Positions 48,096-61,487 of a DNA stretch of 64,000 nt are shown here, in pieces. Origin of the DNA: Camelus ferus (taxonomy: Eukaryota); the NCBI RefSeq assembly GCF_009834535.1, contig NC_045705.1, positions 32,488,001-32,552,000 on the forward strand. The letters run 5' to 3'. The notes beneath the pieces are model-generated. The model saw only the letters and a program-made list of their open reading frames with translations. It did not search any database and had not been told where the DNA came from. The translations under genes were made by a program, and so were the position numbers. Each line of letters starts with the position of its first letter. Position 1 is the first letter of the stretch.

Positions 48096-50299
48096 CTTGA
48101 ACAAAGCCTGACTTGGAACAATGCCACTTGCAGATAGACATGTTGTTTTTCTAATCTTTTGATGAAGTACATTTTATTTTTACTGTTCTTTATATGAGTA
48201 AAATGATTTTGTACATGAGTTCTAGTTTTCATGTAATCGATAGTAAGAGGAAATTTTTAAATGAATAGAATTTACATTTTTAACAAATTGCTACTCTTAG
48301 GATATGTGACACTGATAACTTTGACCTGACTAGCTTCTATTCAACTGATAATAAGGTTTAATCAGTCTTTTAAAAATCGTTCCTGTTTTGTATATCGTGG
48401 AAGACAGAGAAAGGGGCAAGGATGGTGATGAAGTAAGTTTCTTATCCATCTCTATGTCATTCCATGTGATAGCCTCCTCCTCCAATGTTCCCTGTCTGTG
48501 ACCCATCATTCCTCTCTCTGCTTCTGACCCCTGGATTCACTACTGTCCACTCCCTGAAATTGCATGATTAGCACATCCTTTGAAAGAAAGTCATTTTTCA
48601 CCATGTAGATCTGGGAACCAGGATTAGCTTTTGGAAAACCATATTCCCTTTTATTACTCTATCAAAACAAAAATGCAGAGCTATCCCTAAGTTCCCTAAG
48701 CAAAGCTGTGCTTTCTAAAGGTCTTTTAAGGATTTAGGGGTATGAGGAAATTACAGTGGGTTGGGGGACAGGAAGGGGTAGCTTAAAACCAAGAGATAAA
48801 TATGGTGGCTATTACATGTCAAGAATATAGTTTATGTTCGGGTACTATAAAGAGACATAATCCAAAACCCGCTTAAACCTTCAACTGGAATGTAATAGAT
48901 TATTGTTTCAAGCATAAATTCAAATGTTCATGTCTACCATGTGCATGATTTTGTGAGTCATTCTTGGAGAGCAAAAAACAAACAAACAAACAAACAAAAT
49001 ATTTCCTGCCTGACAGTGTTGGAGACTCTGGGAGAAGAGGCAGCTAGCAACAGGCCAGTTTAGATTCGTTGGTGGCAGGTTTGATAAGGAAAAGAACTTA
49101 CATATGAGGCTTGCCTTGGATGTAGATCTCTACATTTGTCTGCCAGAATCTTCAACGTGTATAAAGAAGCTTTAACTTGATTCATTTTCACATACCATCC
49201 AGATGGTCTCAACAACATCTGCATCCTTTTACTTTGGGAACAGTGGGCAGAACATACATTCAAAGGAGAAGGGAGTGAGTAAGGAGCCACCAAATGGCCA
49301 GGGTTTATCTTGTGAGTCACTTAGCAGAAACATCCTTTCAATGACCTCCTCTAAGAATAAGACAACTAGAAAATGAATGGATTCTAAATAAGTCAGCCTG
49401 CTGAATTATAATATTGTGCCACCATGACCTACGTACTGTGATAGGTGTTAGAATGAATCTAGCAAACCAGGAAATAATTTTGTTCATTTGATAATGCAGT
49501 TGTGAACAATAAACAATGAACAAAGTGAACAAGCAATGAACAAATGAAGTTCATTATCAAATGAACGAGGTGAAGCTATGCCAATGATGTATGTGCTAGG
49601 ATCACGTGTGAGCCCTCCACTACCATGAGCTGATTTCTTTTTTCATTTTCTCTGTCAGTCCTGCTTTCATCTCATGAAAGGCTCATGATTCTAAACCAGG
49701 CATGACCAGGAATCAAAATCTGCCTGTGTTCAAGCTATGGCATCTCAGTAAATTAGAAAAAACAAAAACAAAAAAAAACTCATTCTTGGAATTGTGCTTT
49801 TGTGTTGAAACCTGAGTATTACCACTTCCAGCTAGGTGATGCTGAATAGCATCGATGATTTTCATTAACCAGGCTCCTCAAAACCACCTGTCAGTGATGG
49901 GAAACAGTTGCCTGAACAATATTAAGTTCTGAGTGAGGGGTGCTTATAAAGCTCAGGCGTTCAAAGCTGATTCTGTCCTAGAGTCACAGTTAATTGAACA
50001 ACATGGGAAACCCATTGGTGTCCCTCCGATAGATTTCCCTGATTTCCCTTCAATTCTCTTTTGATATATATATATATGACTAAAATTACAATAAAAAACA
50101 GTACGACAACAGAGACTTTCACAAATGACTTACCAGATTTTGTGCCGCTTGAATGACTTAATAGTCTTGGAAATTGCAGAAACTATGGAGCTCTGAAAAA
50201 ATTAAAGATGGGGTGGTTTAAAAACCCCACGGGAAATAGTGTCTGATACAAAGCTAGTACCCCGAGAAGCTGCTGAGTTAAGCATATACTTATATACTA

Positions 50300-50335
50300 C
50301 AGTATATATACTATACACATATTGTACTATATACT
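50300..50335. repeat. AT-rich low-complexity repeat running into the N gap at 50336-50480
   Basis: Read directly from the sequence. Confidence 0.8.
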
Positions 50336-51149
50336 NNNNNNNNNNNNNNNNNNNNNNNNNNNNNNNNNNNNNNNNNNNNNNNNNNNNNNNNNNNNNNNNN
50401 NNNNNNNNNNNNNNNNNNNNNNNNNNNNNNNNNNNNNNNNNNNNNNNNNNNNNNNNNNNNNNNNNNNNNNNNNNNNNNNNCATAGGGTTGCATTTTCTGA
50501 CTTTTAGTTAATATTATGTTTTGTTATTTTTCATGCATTGGCCCAACACATTTATTATTTGCTTAATATATTTTAATTGACTCACAAGCTTATTTAAATA
50601 AATCTGAAAACTAAACTTTCTGTAACCACTGCAAAGGAGAAAAATCCATGCCAAAATCATCATAAAGTAACAAGAATTCCAAACACTCAAAAAGTTAAAA
50701 TAACACAATCTCTGGGTACTATGTGAAATTATCTCTTGTGCTGTATTTTGGGAAATACTGGCAAGAGAAATTATAGAAGTTAATCAGAAGCCCATGATAA
50801 CCACTTTAGTTTGCTATTCCAAGTTATGTTAGGTCAGTGTTCATGGTTAAATTTAGAATTTAGATTTATGTGAAGACATCAATATTGTCATATTAAATTA
50901 TGTATCTTAAAAATTATTTTTACATCCTCCCTAACCAACACCAACTCTATCACTAAATCAACAATGAGGTGTTCTAAGTGGATGCAAACGGTACAGATTC
51001 TGAAGAAAGGCAGAATTACAACTATGCCTTTCAGGCTCTAGATTAGTTTCTTTGGGGGCAGAGGCATCAAACCAAAATATGAATCTTGGAAGTCATGACT
51101 GTCAAGGGCAAGAACTCAAATAAGGAAAACACCTTTGTTGTTGCTATGT

Positions 51150-51950
51150 TTATTTTGCTTGTTCTGTAATCCCCAAAGCTTAGTATTAAACAGTGAAGAG
51201 ACCATCATGGAGTTTATACAGAAAACTGGAAAGTAGAAAAGATCTCCTAACGATAGAGGAGCCGTTTTCCTGGAAACAAGCAGTAAGGGCCCAACCTGAG
51301 CCTGGCGATGCGAGTGAGATGTAAAGGTTAGTGACTCTTTGGAGAGGAATCTGCTGCCCCTTCCTCTGGGTATCACAGTGGATTCAGGTGAGGTTGCTGC
51401 AAAATCACACAGTTTCAGAAAGAAAGCTCAGAGGGGTTTGAAGAGCTCCCGGGGCAGCAAGAATGATAGCTTACATCCCCGAGGTAGAGCCTGGTTTACT
51501 GAAACAAAAAGCCTAATAGAAAAACCAGAGTCCCAACGTTGCAGCAAATTGGTGAAGGAATATATTCGTTTTATCAGGACACAATTCAACTCATGCTAAG
51601 TAAGAAGAACTAAAGATGTGTTGTCTAAAACGTCTGGTGGAAACTCACCCGGTCCACACCTACAAACACAGCACAGAGGAAGTGGCTGAGATTCCCTGAG
51701 CCTGTGACAGAGCCTTGTAAGTATCTGCAAAGACTAGTGAGGAGAAGCCACCTATAAGTTGGGGCCAAAGGGATTCTAAACCAACTAAATGTGACAGCTG
51801 GAGGTCATGACAAGTCCAAAGGCTCATCAAGTAGTTAGGAAAGGGGGATAAACCTAACATCTAAGACTGGAGGTTGAGTTTTCCCTCCTTCTGGTAAGAC
51901 AGAGAACCAGGTACCCTTCTTTACCCAGTATACTCAGTGTCAGAATAGAC
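51150..51950 (-). mobile_element. Possible ERV internal 5'-leader relic
   Basis: GC-richer block with minus-strand CCGG|GTGAGT (about 51644-51653), resembling a retroviral major splice donor; no gag/pol ORF seen. Confidence 0.3.
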
Positions 51951-52069
51951 AATTTCTGAGGAGACATTCATCCTCAAGGCAACATTTGCCCTGGGAAGTG
52001 GTCAGATGCAGAAGCCAGGTGCTAAGGACCATGTTCCTGGAAAGAATTATAAGAACAATTTCAGCCACG

Positions 52070-52410
52070 CTCTGTAAGGAGCAAACTCCCAAAATGCAGT
52101 GACTTAGTGAGATAGGATTAGATTCCTCTCTCAGGGGACAGTGTGAGATATGGGGTTTGGGTTAGGCAATTAGACCCTCCACATGTGGCTTTCTTGTCTC
52201 AGTCTACAGCAACCATTTCAGTGGCAACATTTTCAAGAAGGAAGAGAAAGGAACAAGTCCAGCTCTAGTGGCTTTGACTTGAGGAAATGATCTTGGGTTT
52301 TAGACATATCTTTCTACTGACAGCTCATTGCCAAAACATTTGTAACAACGTTAGCTACCTGGCTAATAGAAATGAGGGCAACTGTGGCTAACAGCTGGAG
52401 GGCTAGTGTT
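52070..52410 (-). mobile_element. Old MLT1 (J/K-like) LTR
   Basis: tgtaaggagcaaactcccaaaatgcagtgacttag...cagctcattgccaaaac...agctacctggctaatagaaatgagggcaactgtgg resembles an MLT1 pattern. Confidence 0.55.
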
Positions 52411-52901
52411 TTACTTCTAAAAGAAAAAAATAAAATAGTGGCCCTTGAGGAATATTTCTGCCATAGGGATCAGAGGAAATATGGTCTTAGACTGTCAGGC
52501 TGTAATGCCAATCTCTGTGAAAGCTAAAGTGTCTCGAGTAGTCCTACTTTGACACTACATTGACATGAACTCTTTAGAACCAGATTTGGGTGGTTTGACA
52601 ACATAAAAAAGAAATCCACTTTGTTAATATAATTTCCAATAGCAATTAATGGTACTTTTTCTTCCTGCTCAGAACCTAAATTTATGAAAAATAACAGCCC
52701 TCCTCCCACCAGCTACCTTTTCTCTGATCCAATCGGAAGGAACGTGGCTTATGGTTAATTAGCAAGTTAGCCTGAGCAGCCATACTTTCTGTGCTTGAAT
52801 TAGTCCATCCTCCCAGTGGTGTTACCACCACCATATGTTACTTCTCAGAGTCCTCCTGCACATTTTCCATTGTGCACTCCTTTTAATTCAATTAGCCCTG
52901 C

Positions 52902-53499
52902 GTAGAATCAGGGTAAGTAAACAGGGCTTCTTTAGTCCCAAGAATAAACTCAATCATCAGAAATTACTTCTACTTCCCATTCACCTTTATGCTGATGAGA
53001 GTCATTAATACAGAAAAGTCTGTATTCTTGTAGCAAGAATGAATGTAGATTAAGTGGGTACCAATCTAGATAAATGGAACAGTGAGATTTTGAGAACTTT
53101 TAACTGGGCCCTGATGGATATCATTTTGAGCTGTATCGACCATATTTTAATGCATACCCAGTGCAATGGCTTTTAGTTGAACAGGGCTTCTTATCTGGTT
53201 GATCCACTCTAAGCCCTGGAAGCTTGATTTAAGCTGCTAAAACAGAACCAAAGAATGTAACATTCATGAGAAGAAATTAGAACCAAACAATAGTTTCAAG
53301 TCATATCAACCAAAGGTTTAATAGGATGAAGGCTATGACCAAAGGTTAGATTTTTAAATATCAGAAAGCTCATATTGGTTCATTTTTTTTTTATTATGAT
53401 GAAGACAGGAAAGTCTTATGTCATAAATATTTCACCCTTTAAAACCAAGAAAACTAACCAGAATCCATGCTAAGGAGTAGAATCAGGGTAAGTAAACAG
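52902..53499 (+). repeat. Exact 23-bp direct repeat GTAGAATCAGGGTAAGTAAACAG, copies 575 bp apart
   Basis: Copies at 52902-52924 and 53477-53499; flanks not homologous. Confidence 0.95.
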
Positions 53500-54079
53500 A
53501 TTGTTTGACACACAAAAAGTGTTGATAATTATCAAGCTATACATACTGAGAACAAAACTTAGGACTGTGTTACAACACTAGTTGAAGATTCTCAATGCAA
53601 TTTTGTTATCAAAAGTCCATGTGTGTATGAACATTATCAAAAAGTTATTTGGTAAATCAGGGTCCATCAGCATTCTGTAATCAGGGAAGAGAGATGAATT
53701 CCTATTCTTTTCCTCATGAAATTATATATTTCTTATGAAATCTGAGTAAAGAAAATATCATAGAAATCATGTTCAACTCTAACAAAGATATCTCCAAAAC
53801 ACCATGTATTTATCTCAACTTATTTATGAGTCATCCAATGACAACACAATTTTGAATACACTTTGAATGTGTAATATGTCAGTTTGAATAATATAGTTGC
53901 ATATGCAGAATAACAATCTTAGTATTTAGAGGTCATGCATGGGGTAAAAGCATCACTGGGTTAGACTGGAGCTCTTAGTATATGTAAGAGTTGCCTTTAG
54001 ACAGTCTGTATCGAGCTAGGAACTTTCATGCCAGGACACATCACAAGTAGCAACATACTCAGAAATATCTATTGCAGTT

Positions 54080-55013
54080 TCACTGCCCCAAGTTTGCCTT
54101 GATGATTGCTTTGTTGACTGCCTCTTTCACATCTTTGTTTCTCGAACTGTAGATCATGGGATTCAGCATGGGAATCACTGTGGTATAAAACACAGCTACC
54201 ATTTTCCCCTGCTCCACAGACTCTTCAGTGGGCCTCCTGAGATACATGAATATGAGAGTCCCATAAAACATGGTAACAGCCATCAAGTGGGACCCGCAGG
54301 TGGAGAACGCCTTCCTCCTCCCATCAGCAGAGCGCATGCGTAGCACGGCTATTACAATGAGGGTATAGGACATGAGGACCACTGAGAGGGAGTATGTGAA
54401 GTTAATCCCAGCAGTAACTATCATGGTGTATTCTTTGATGTGGATCCCTCCCACAGGCAATCTTGATGAGAGGAGGGTCAGCACAATAGAAGTGGTTAAT
54501 TTCAAAATTTCCACAGAAGTACAAGCCATATGTCCACGGGGTGCATATTAGGCTAATAGAGAATCCGTAGACATAAGGCACAGAGATGAGCTGAATACAG
54601 ACAGTCCTGGACATTTTACTGCCATAAAGCAGAGGGTTGCAGATGGCCATGTAGCAATCAAAGGCCATCACAGCCAAGATACAGACCTCCACGTGGACAA
54701 GGGCGATTAAAAAGTAACACTGCACCAGATATCCCACGTAGGAGATGGTTTTTGTCTCTGATAATAAGTTTTCCAGCATTTTGGGAGTGACATTGGAAGA
54801 GAACCACACATCCACAAAAGACAGGTGACTCAAGAAAAAGTACATAGGGGTCTGAAGCTGGGGACTGATGCTGATCAAAATACTTATATCGATGTTCCCT
54901 AACAGAGTGATCATGTAAACCACTAGGAACACCCCAAAAAGGAGAACTTGAAGCTCCTGACGACTGGTCAACCCCAGAAGAATAAACTCTGTCACCTCTG
55001 TGAAATTTAGCAT
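54080..55013 (-). pseudogene. OR5M9: OR5M9-like olfactory receptor pseudogene
   Basis: Matches recalled OR5M9. +1 G frameshift at 54446-54448 (GGG AGG G ATC CAC). Also YVGYLVQC (conserved Cys lost), MAFDCY (DRY lost), GNIDIS and YSSRNK. An in-frame upstream ATG lies at 55022; acceptor cccacAG at 55044-55043. Confidence 0.92.
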
Positions 55014-58000
55014 TGCCTTCATGGAGACCCAGTCTGTATCATCTGTGGGAGAAAAAAAAAAACAATGGATTTGTTTTATTCTTGAAAGTCTTGTGTCATG
55101 TGTATCTGTATTCTAATTCAAATAATTGAAAAAATTAATGTATGTTTCACACAGTGTCCAATAAAAGAATATGTAAGCACAATTATTTCCTTTAGTAGGT
55201 CTTATAGGTAATGACCATCAATATTTATATCAGTTTCTTAGTCCTAAAATAGACAATTGCATTCACATATTACTAGAAATATATATTTATATTTGGTAAA
55301 TTATTACCATAATGTTAACATCCCAGGGCTCAGATAAGACTAAAGCCAGACTGAGAGTTGTCAGAGAATGACTAAATCCATTCGAATATATTGTTTTTTA
55401 GAAAAAAGCTTGAGACTCATCAGTGTTAAATGTTCACGCAAGGTCAGCTAGCCACTTAGTACTCACAGGGAAGTAAGTACAGTGAATCCTCTGAAACTCC
55501 ACTGAATGCCATTTTCCAGTATGATAGTTGGCTCTCAATGTCAATAAAAATACAAATACAAGTGTGATATTAACTTACCTATTTTCACATGCTTTGGACA
55601 GTAGCCTCTTATTTATATAATTTTATGGGACAGTGGTCTTATACGCTGGTCTTATAACCTAGTTATTGACATGTTAGTCCTACGTTATGCAAGTACATGA
55701 TACCACGTGCTTTCGACATAATGAAATTCCTAGTCACATTTTAGTTTGTTTAGCCTTACATGATACTTGCTTGATGACTGCCACTAGCAGGGTAAGGTGA
55801 GAGGTATTTAAAAGCACAGTCTCTAATAGCTTTTATCTTAAAAAAAAAAAAAACGTAAACCACAGGTGTTTAAACCACGTAGCACCCAATATCAGAATTA
55901 TGTCTATAGATAACTACCTAGACAAATACCATGAGGTAAAATTGAGGTGACATGTTTTAATAATTATTGTCTCTCATTTCAGATTAAACCGGTTTTCAGG
56001 AACAATCAATTCTATGCCTATTTATATGCAAATTTAATGTCACCACAAGGGACATGTTCCCAAGAAATCTTTTCTCCTTTTAATACATTTCCCCTGTTGA
56101 CTTCTCCAAGAAATAAAAATTTGCTGTGAGTTCTTAAGGCTGCATCTGTATAATTATCATCATCTTGGGAATTTAAGCTCTCCATATTAATAGTGTTTGA
56201 AGGGGATGTTACTGACATATAAATGGGCCTTTGCTTGTAATTGCTTAGATTAATTCATTTTATAAACATCAAAGCCAGTTATATGTCAGATATATTTGTT
56301 ATATCTAGAAGTATTGTAAATTCTGGAAATAGGAGGTTAAACAAGATATACAGGATTCTGGCCTGCATCATAATTTATTCTTGCTGAAAAGAAGTAAATG
56401 ATAAATATACAAGTGAGATACTTCAGGGACTGGAGCTGCAGTGACAAACACACAGTTTGCCAATGAGATCAGAAACAAGGAGAGGCAGGATGCAGACAGG
56501 GTGATAGAAGATCTCTTTGAAAATATGACTCTTTACTTAGTGAGAAGAAGCCAGCCATGTAGAAATATGGGAAAGAAGAGAATGAAAATGCAAAAGGGAC
56601 TCTTAGCTTGCCATGTAGAAAAAGAGTGTTTCTAGAGCCATTCCTTTGACATTAAACAGTGTGTAAATTCCATGATTATATCACGGTCCCCTCCAATCCA
56701 TAGCAGAGGACATTAAGGAAGTTCATTAGTCTCTATGAACTATTTTCCCATCTCTCATTATTCACATGGGAATGAAGTACACCATGTATAAAGTAAATTG
56801 GGCACATAAGATAGGAGACACTGAAGCTTCATTTTCTGATCTGGCTTCCCCCTTACTGTAGATTTCCATGATTGTAGATCATCTGGCTTCTCTTAAGTGT
56901 GGAAATACTCAGCCAGATGAGAGATGCAGACTCTGGTCAGGAAGCAGAGCTAAGGTCAGGGACTTTCCTGTGTGAAAACTCCTGACCCTGCTCGATGAGC
57001 CCATAATGCTCTGACCGACAGAGTCTGACTGGGTTAATGGTACTACTAAGCATAAAATATATTTAACAAAAGCATCAAGGCATCTAAGAAACATAGACTA
57101 AAACTGCTTCAGTTTTGCTTCCTGCGTGATGTGTGCAGTTTTCTTCCTCTACACATAATCACCAGCTCTGTGCTAGTAGCGTTTGTCTCATTCATCTTGG
57201 AACTCTTTAAACTGCCTGGCTTAGTTGTTAAATGTAACTGATTCGCAGCGATATTCACACTTCAGATTTTTTTAAGTGTCCTGATCTCTAGATCAGCTTT
57301 ATGTAATGCATTACAGTATTCCAATATTATTAAAGCCTCTAGGAAAGACAGTTTTAGCAACTGTCTCAGCTTTAAAATATGAGAAAGAATAGCTAATTTT
57401 TGTTGAATGCTTACTAAATCCTTTGCACGTAAAGTTCCGATGGACCAGGTTCTATTCGCATAGTCAATCTAAAAATGTGGAAACTGAAGCACTGAAAGGC
57501 TAAGAAGGTCTCCCTGGATCGGACATCTGCTAACTGGTCAGCCTGAGATGCAAACCAATTAATTCAACTTCCGTGTTGCATCTTTAATAACCTTATATTT
57601 CTGCCTCTTTGATAACCTATCCCAGTATTCTATTTCTTTACATTTAAAATTTCAGTTCGAGGATCTTCCAAAAAAGAAGAATGTTATCCTTTGAATAGTT
57701 CATTCTTGATGAACCAGAAGAGCTTTGCATGACCCTAGAGCAGGCTGAACTACAGAGCAAATGGACCACTGCTTCACGCTACCACTCAAGGTGAGGCGCT
57801 CCCGAGGTCCTAGGACCAGATGGCCAAGTGACTTCTGGGATGGAGCCAATTTATTATATAAGTGTGCATCATCTATTAAACAATTAAAAATATAGAATGT
57901 GTAACATATGAGTTTTAAAAATGAATTTTAATAATGTTTTAGGAATTTCTAATGAAGAGAAACAGTGATGGTATAATTACTGCTTCAATCATTTCCACTG

Positions 58001-58884
58001 ACACAAAATTTTCAACTCCATGTACATTTATTTTAAAACACAATGTGAAAATCAATGGTCATTGTAGAGAAGAGGTAAAAGGATAAATAATGAAGGATAA
58101 ATTTTTTGTAAACCCCCATTGTAGCCAGATCATTCATATGAAGTTTTACATAAACTGTGGATACAAATAAGACTATTTCCCTGTAATATTTTTCCACACA
58201 ATAAAACACTGTGATAACCAATAAGTCTACAAATGAGGCCTTAGTCTACTCTGCAAAACAAGAATAAAAATTAAAAGATGTGACTGCATTAATCTGTATT
58301 GTAAAGAGTGTAAAATTTGCAGACCTACCTTCAGCAGTGAGAAAAGCAAATGATAATGACTCACTATTTATAATAAAACCTTAAACACTGAGAGGATTGA
58401 GAGCCTCTCCCCAAGGAACTACCCAGGTAATTATGAAAGAAACGATACTTAAAATTCTAGAAACGTCTCAGGGGTAAGAGAAGTTAAGGAGTGCTAATCA
58501 GGAGACTAATTCTTACGGTTCTAAAATTAAGAAATCAAAATTCTTAGTATCATGGTTTAATCTCTCCCTCCTTCACACGGGTTCTGCTCCCTTCCATTCA
58601 CACTTGGCAATTATGCACCTCGGAAAAACATTCTTGGTTTGCATTATAAAATTTTGGTCAGTCGTTTTATGTCTGTTGTGCTACACTTCTAATAAGCATC
58701 ATCTCTCAGGAGAGACCATCACAGCAATGCATGCCCTACGCCCCTCATGGATGTTAGACACATGGCAGGTGCCTCAGAGACCATTTGGAAACATCTGGGG
58801 AGAATGAGTAAAAGTAGAGGTCATTGGTTGATTATAGTAGAACAACTTGTCTCACTTAATTGAGGCTCTTCTGGGAGTCAGTAG

Positions 58885-59090
58885 AGCACTGAATTTGATG
58901 TCAGAGGATCAGGAATCAAACCTTCTTAACTCTGCACTTTAATTATGTGTCCTTGGGTGAGTAATGATTCTCAGCTTCAATTCTCATCTGCAGAATGTGA
59001 GACTACTGTCCCACAGGCTGGGGTAGGGATCTCAGATAACCTAGGGCTAACTCTCAGGACAATGTCTGTCTCGTATGAAGCTCTCAAAGT
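58885..59090 (+). mobile_element. MIR
   Basis: tgtgtccttgggtgagtaatgattctcagcttcaattctcatctgcagaatg. Confidence 0.7.
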
Positions 59091-59507
59091 CTTGAAATTC
59101 TTTTTGCATTTTCTCTTATAAACAGTTCACAAGTATGATGTCGCCACTTCTGTAGGACTGTGGTCAATATCATCGCTATGTTGAAGGATAAAAATATGCA
59201 TATGTAAAATAACTCTGAGGTTAAGTTTTCCTACCAAGTTTAGGTAGCTAACAGGTTAAAGAAACAGAATGCCCATGTGGATCGTTCATAAACTCTAAGC
59301 TATATACTGCCCCAATTCCATCTGCAAAATAATAGACAGAATCGTGCTCAGGCAACGTTTTCCTCTGCATTCTTTATCCCCGAGTACCCACAACTCTAAG
59401 TTCCTTCTCACTCATTATGAAGACAGTGCGTCCGGTGAACTCTTTGGCACCATGTTATTACAATGTAACGTGCACTCTCTCAAGTAAATGTAGGTTTAAA
59501 AAGAAGA

Positions 59508-59578
59508 ATGTGTGTGTGTGTGTGTGTCTGTGTGTGTGTTGGAGAGAGCAAAATAGAGAGAGTGACAGAGAAAGATAA
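59508..59578. repeat. (TG)n followed by (AG)n imperfect microsatellite
   Basis: Read directly from the sequence. Confidence 0.85.
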
Positions 59579-61487
59579 ATACACTTTACGTTGGAAACGC
59601 TGAAATGTAACGATGTTGATAGATGTAGAAATGAATGTAACATTAAGGTGTATTTTTATAAGTATTTTACAAAACTATTCTGAATTTTCAGCAAATGGCA
59701 AAATTGCTTTACGTTCTGCTCAAGAGTCCAAACTTATGGAAATTATGAGCCAGAAGAGATCTCGGAGTCAGACACTAGAACCTAAAACTTAACTGGATGA
59801 ATAACAAGAAATGATTAGATCAAGGTCACTCGTAAATTTATTTGAAATTTGGAAACTCATACCAGGAACATGATTTAACCATTTACCTTGCTGTCATCAT
59901 TCTTCATGTAACACTAAACCAACACTCCGAAAAGTAAGCAGAGAAAGTAGTTCACTTTTGAAGAAAAAGATGTAACAAAGATCATCCAAGGCCATTTGCT
60001 CACAGGTATTAAAATGCTTTAAAACCATATTTTAAAATTTGTTAGTAATCAGCAACTAATTTGGTATGTCGAGTTTTCCAATAAATAGTGAATTAATGGT
60101 ATCACTGCCAAAAGAAATTACTTTTAACTCACCTAAAAAGTAACAGTAAGTAAATAAAATCTTAAATTCTTGTAGGGGTTTAAGTTTTGCAACTCTAAGC
60201 AAAGTAATATTATTATAATTTAATCTGAATAAGCAATTTATTTATATGCAAATAGCTTTAAAGTTTTGACCATGATGTATGTGCTTGTACGTGGAAATGA
60301 GTTCATATGCATCACTGGTTTCCCTTAAGGAAAATAAAATCTCAAAAATGTCCAAAGAAGAATGTTTGTCCTCACACTGCACCTATTTCATATTGTATTT
60401 ACATCTTTGCAGATCAATTTGCGATTACTTAAATGCATCATTTAAATGTGTGATTGACATTTCAGTAGTTACGTATTTTCTACACCAAAAGAGCAGATTA
60501 TTTATTATTCATTTATTTATTTTTATTAGAGGACCCAGAAACTTTATGGAAGTTCAAGTTGTAAGGTTGTTGCCTCATGCTTATACTTGCCTAAATGAGG
60601 TGCAAGAGAGAACCAGATTATATTAATATATTATATCAGTACATGTCAATGTTAATGACAGACGGACATCCTCAGTATTTTGTTTCTTTCAAATACAAAA
60701 ATTATTTTAAAGTATTTAAGTACCATATCTAAATCACAAATGTATAAAATATTCCGCATGATTATCAATTTAATTTTTTAAGTGAAAACTGTGCTTTCAA
60801 AATGAAACATCTGTTACTTTGACCCACTTTTCAGTCAGAAAGAAGACACTTTAGCCGTGAGATGGACACAGGCTGATCCCTGGCAACCTTGGAGTTGAAA
60901 TACAGCAGTGAGTGGAATCTATAAAACATGCTGTGTCTCTTAAACACCAGAAACATTGAAAGGGATTAAATACAATAGAATTGCTATTTTCAAAATAGTA
61001 ATTTCTGAACAGACCAATTGCTCACACTGAAAGAAGCTTTAATATCACACAATCTCACAGCCATTATCAAGACCTCCTTCTTTATGCCCTCGCACTAGAA
61101 AAATAAATGAAATACGCTATTTTTTTCTGCTCAAATTGCTCTCTGTATAGGCAAATTGATATTTTCTAAATTCATCCACTGGGTTTTCGAATAAGAAAAA
61201 TAAAATCCTTTCACTCTAGCTACCTATATGAACAACTTCAATAAGTGTGCCTTGAATTTTGGCTCAAATAATACTTTCTATTAATTAACTTATTACTTTT
61301 TAATTAATTTTGACTACCTATATCAACAGGAATGGGTCAAACTACTTTCTTGTCTGATTTTTAATCTTTCTCTTGTTTTTCTTTTCAATTACAAGTCTTC
61401 AGCATTTTAAATGTGTTTAGCTATGTACTGAGCAATAATCTGTTGAGCAACATATTTATAAAACATAGAGGACAAAAATAACCAGCT

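Noticed and set aside
19900-54448. Frameshifts as programmed ribosomal frameshifting or RNA-editing sites
   Set aside because: No slippery heptamers or stimulatory structures seen, and the accompanying loss of conserved residues indicates ordinary decay.
57700-57870. Promoter assignment for OR5M9 (TATA and O/E-like sites)
   Set aside because: No convincing minus-strand donor links it to the CDS, and motifs alone are insufficient.
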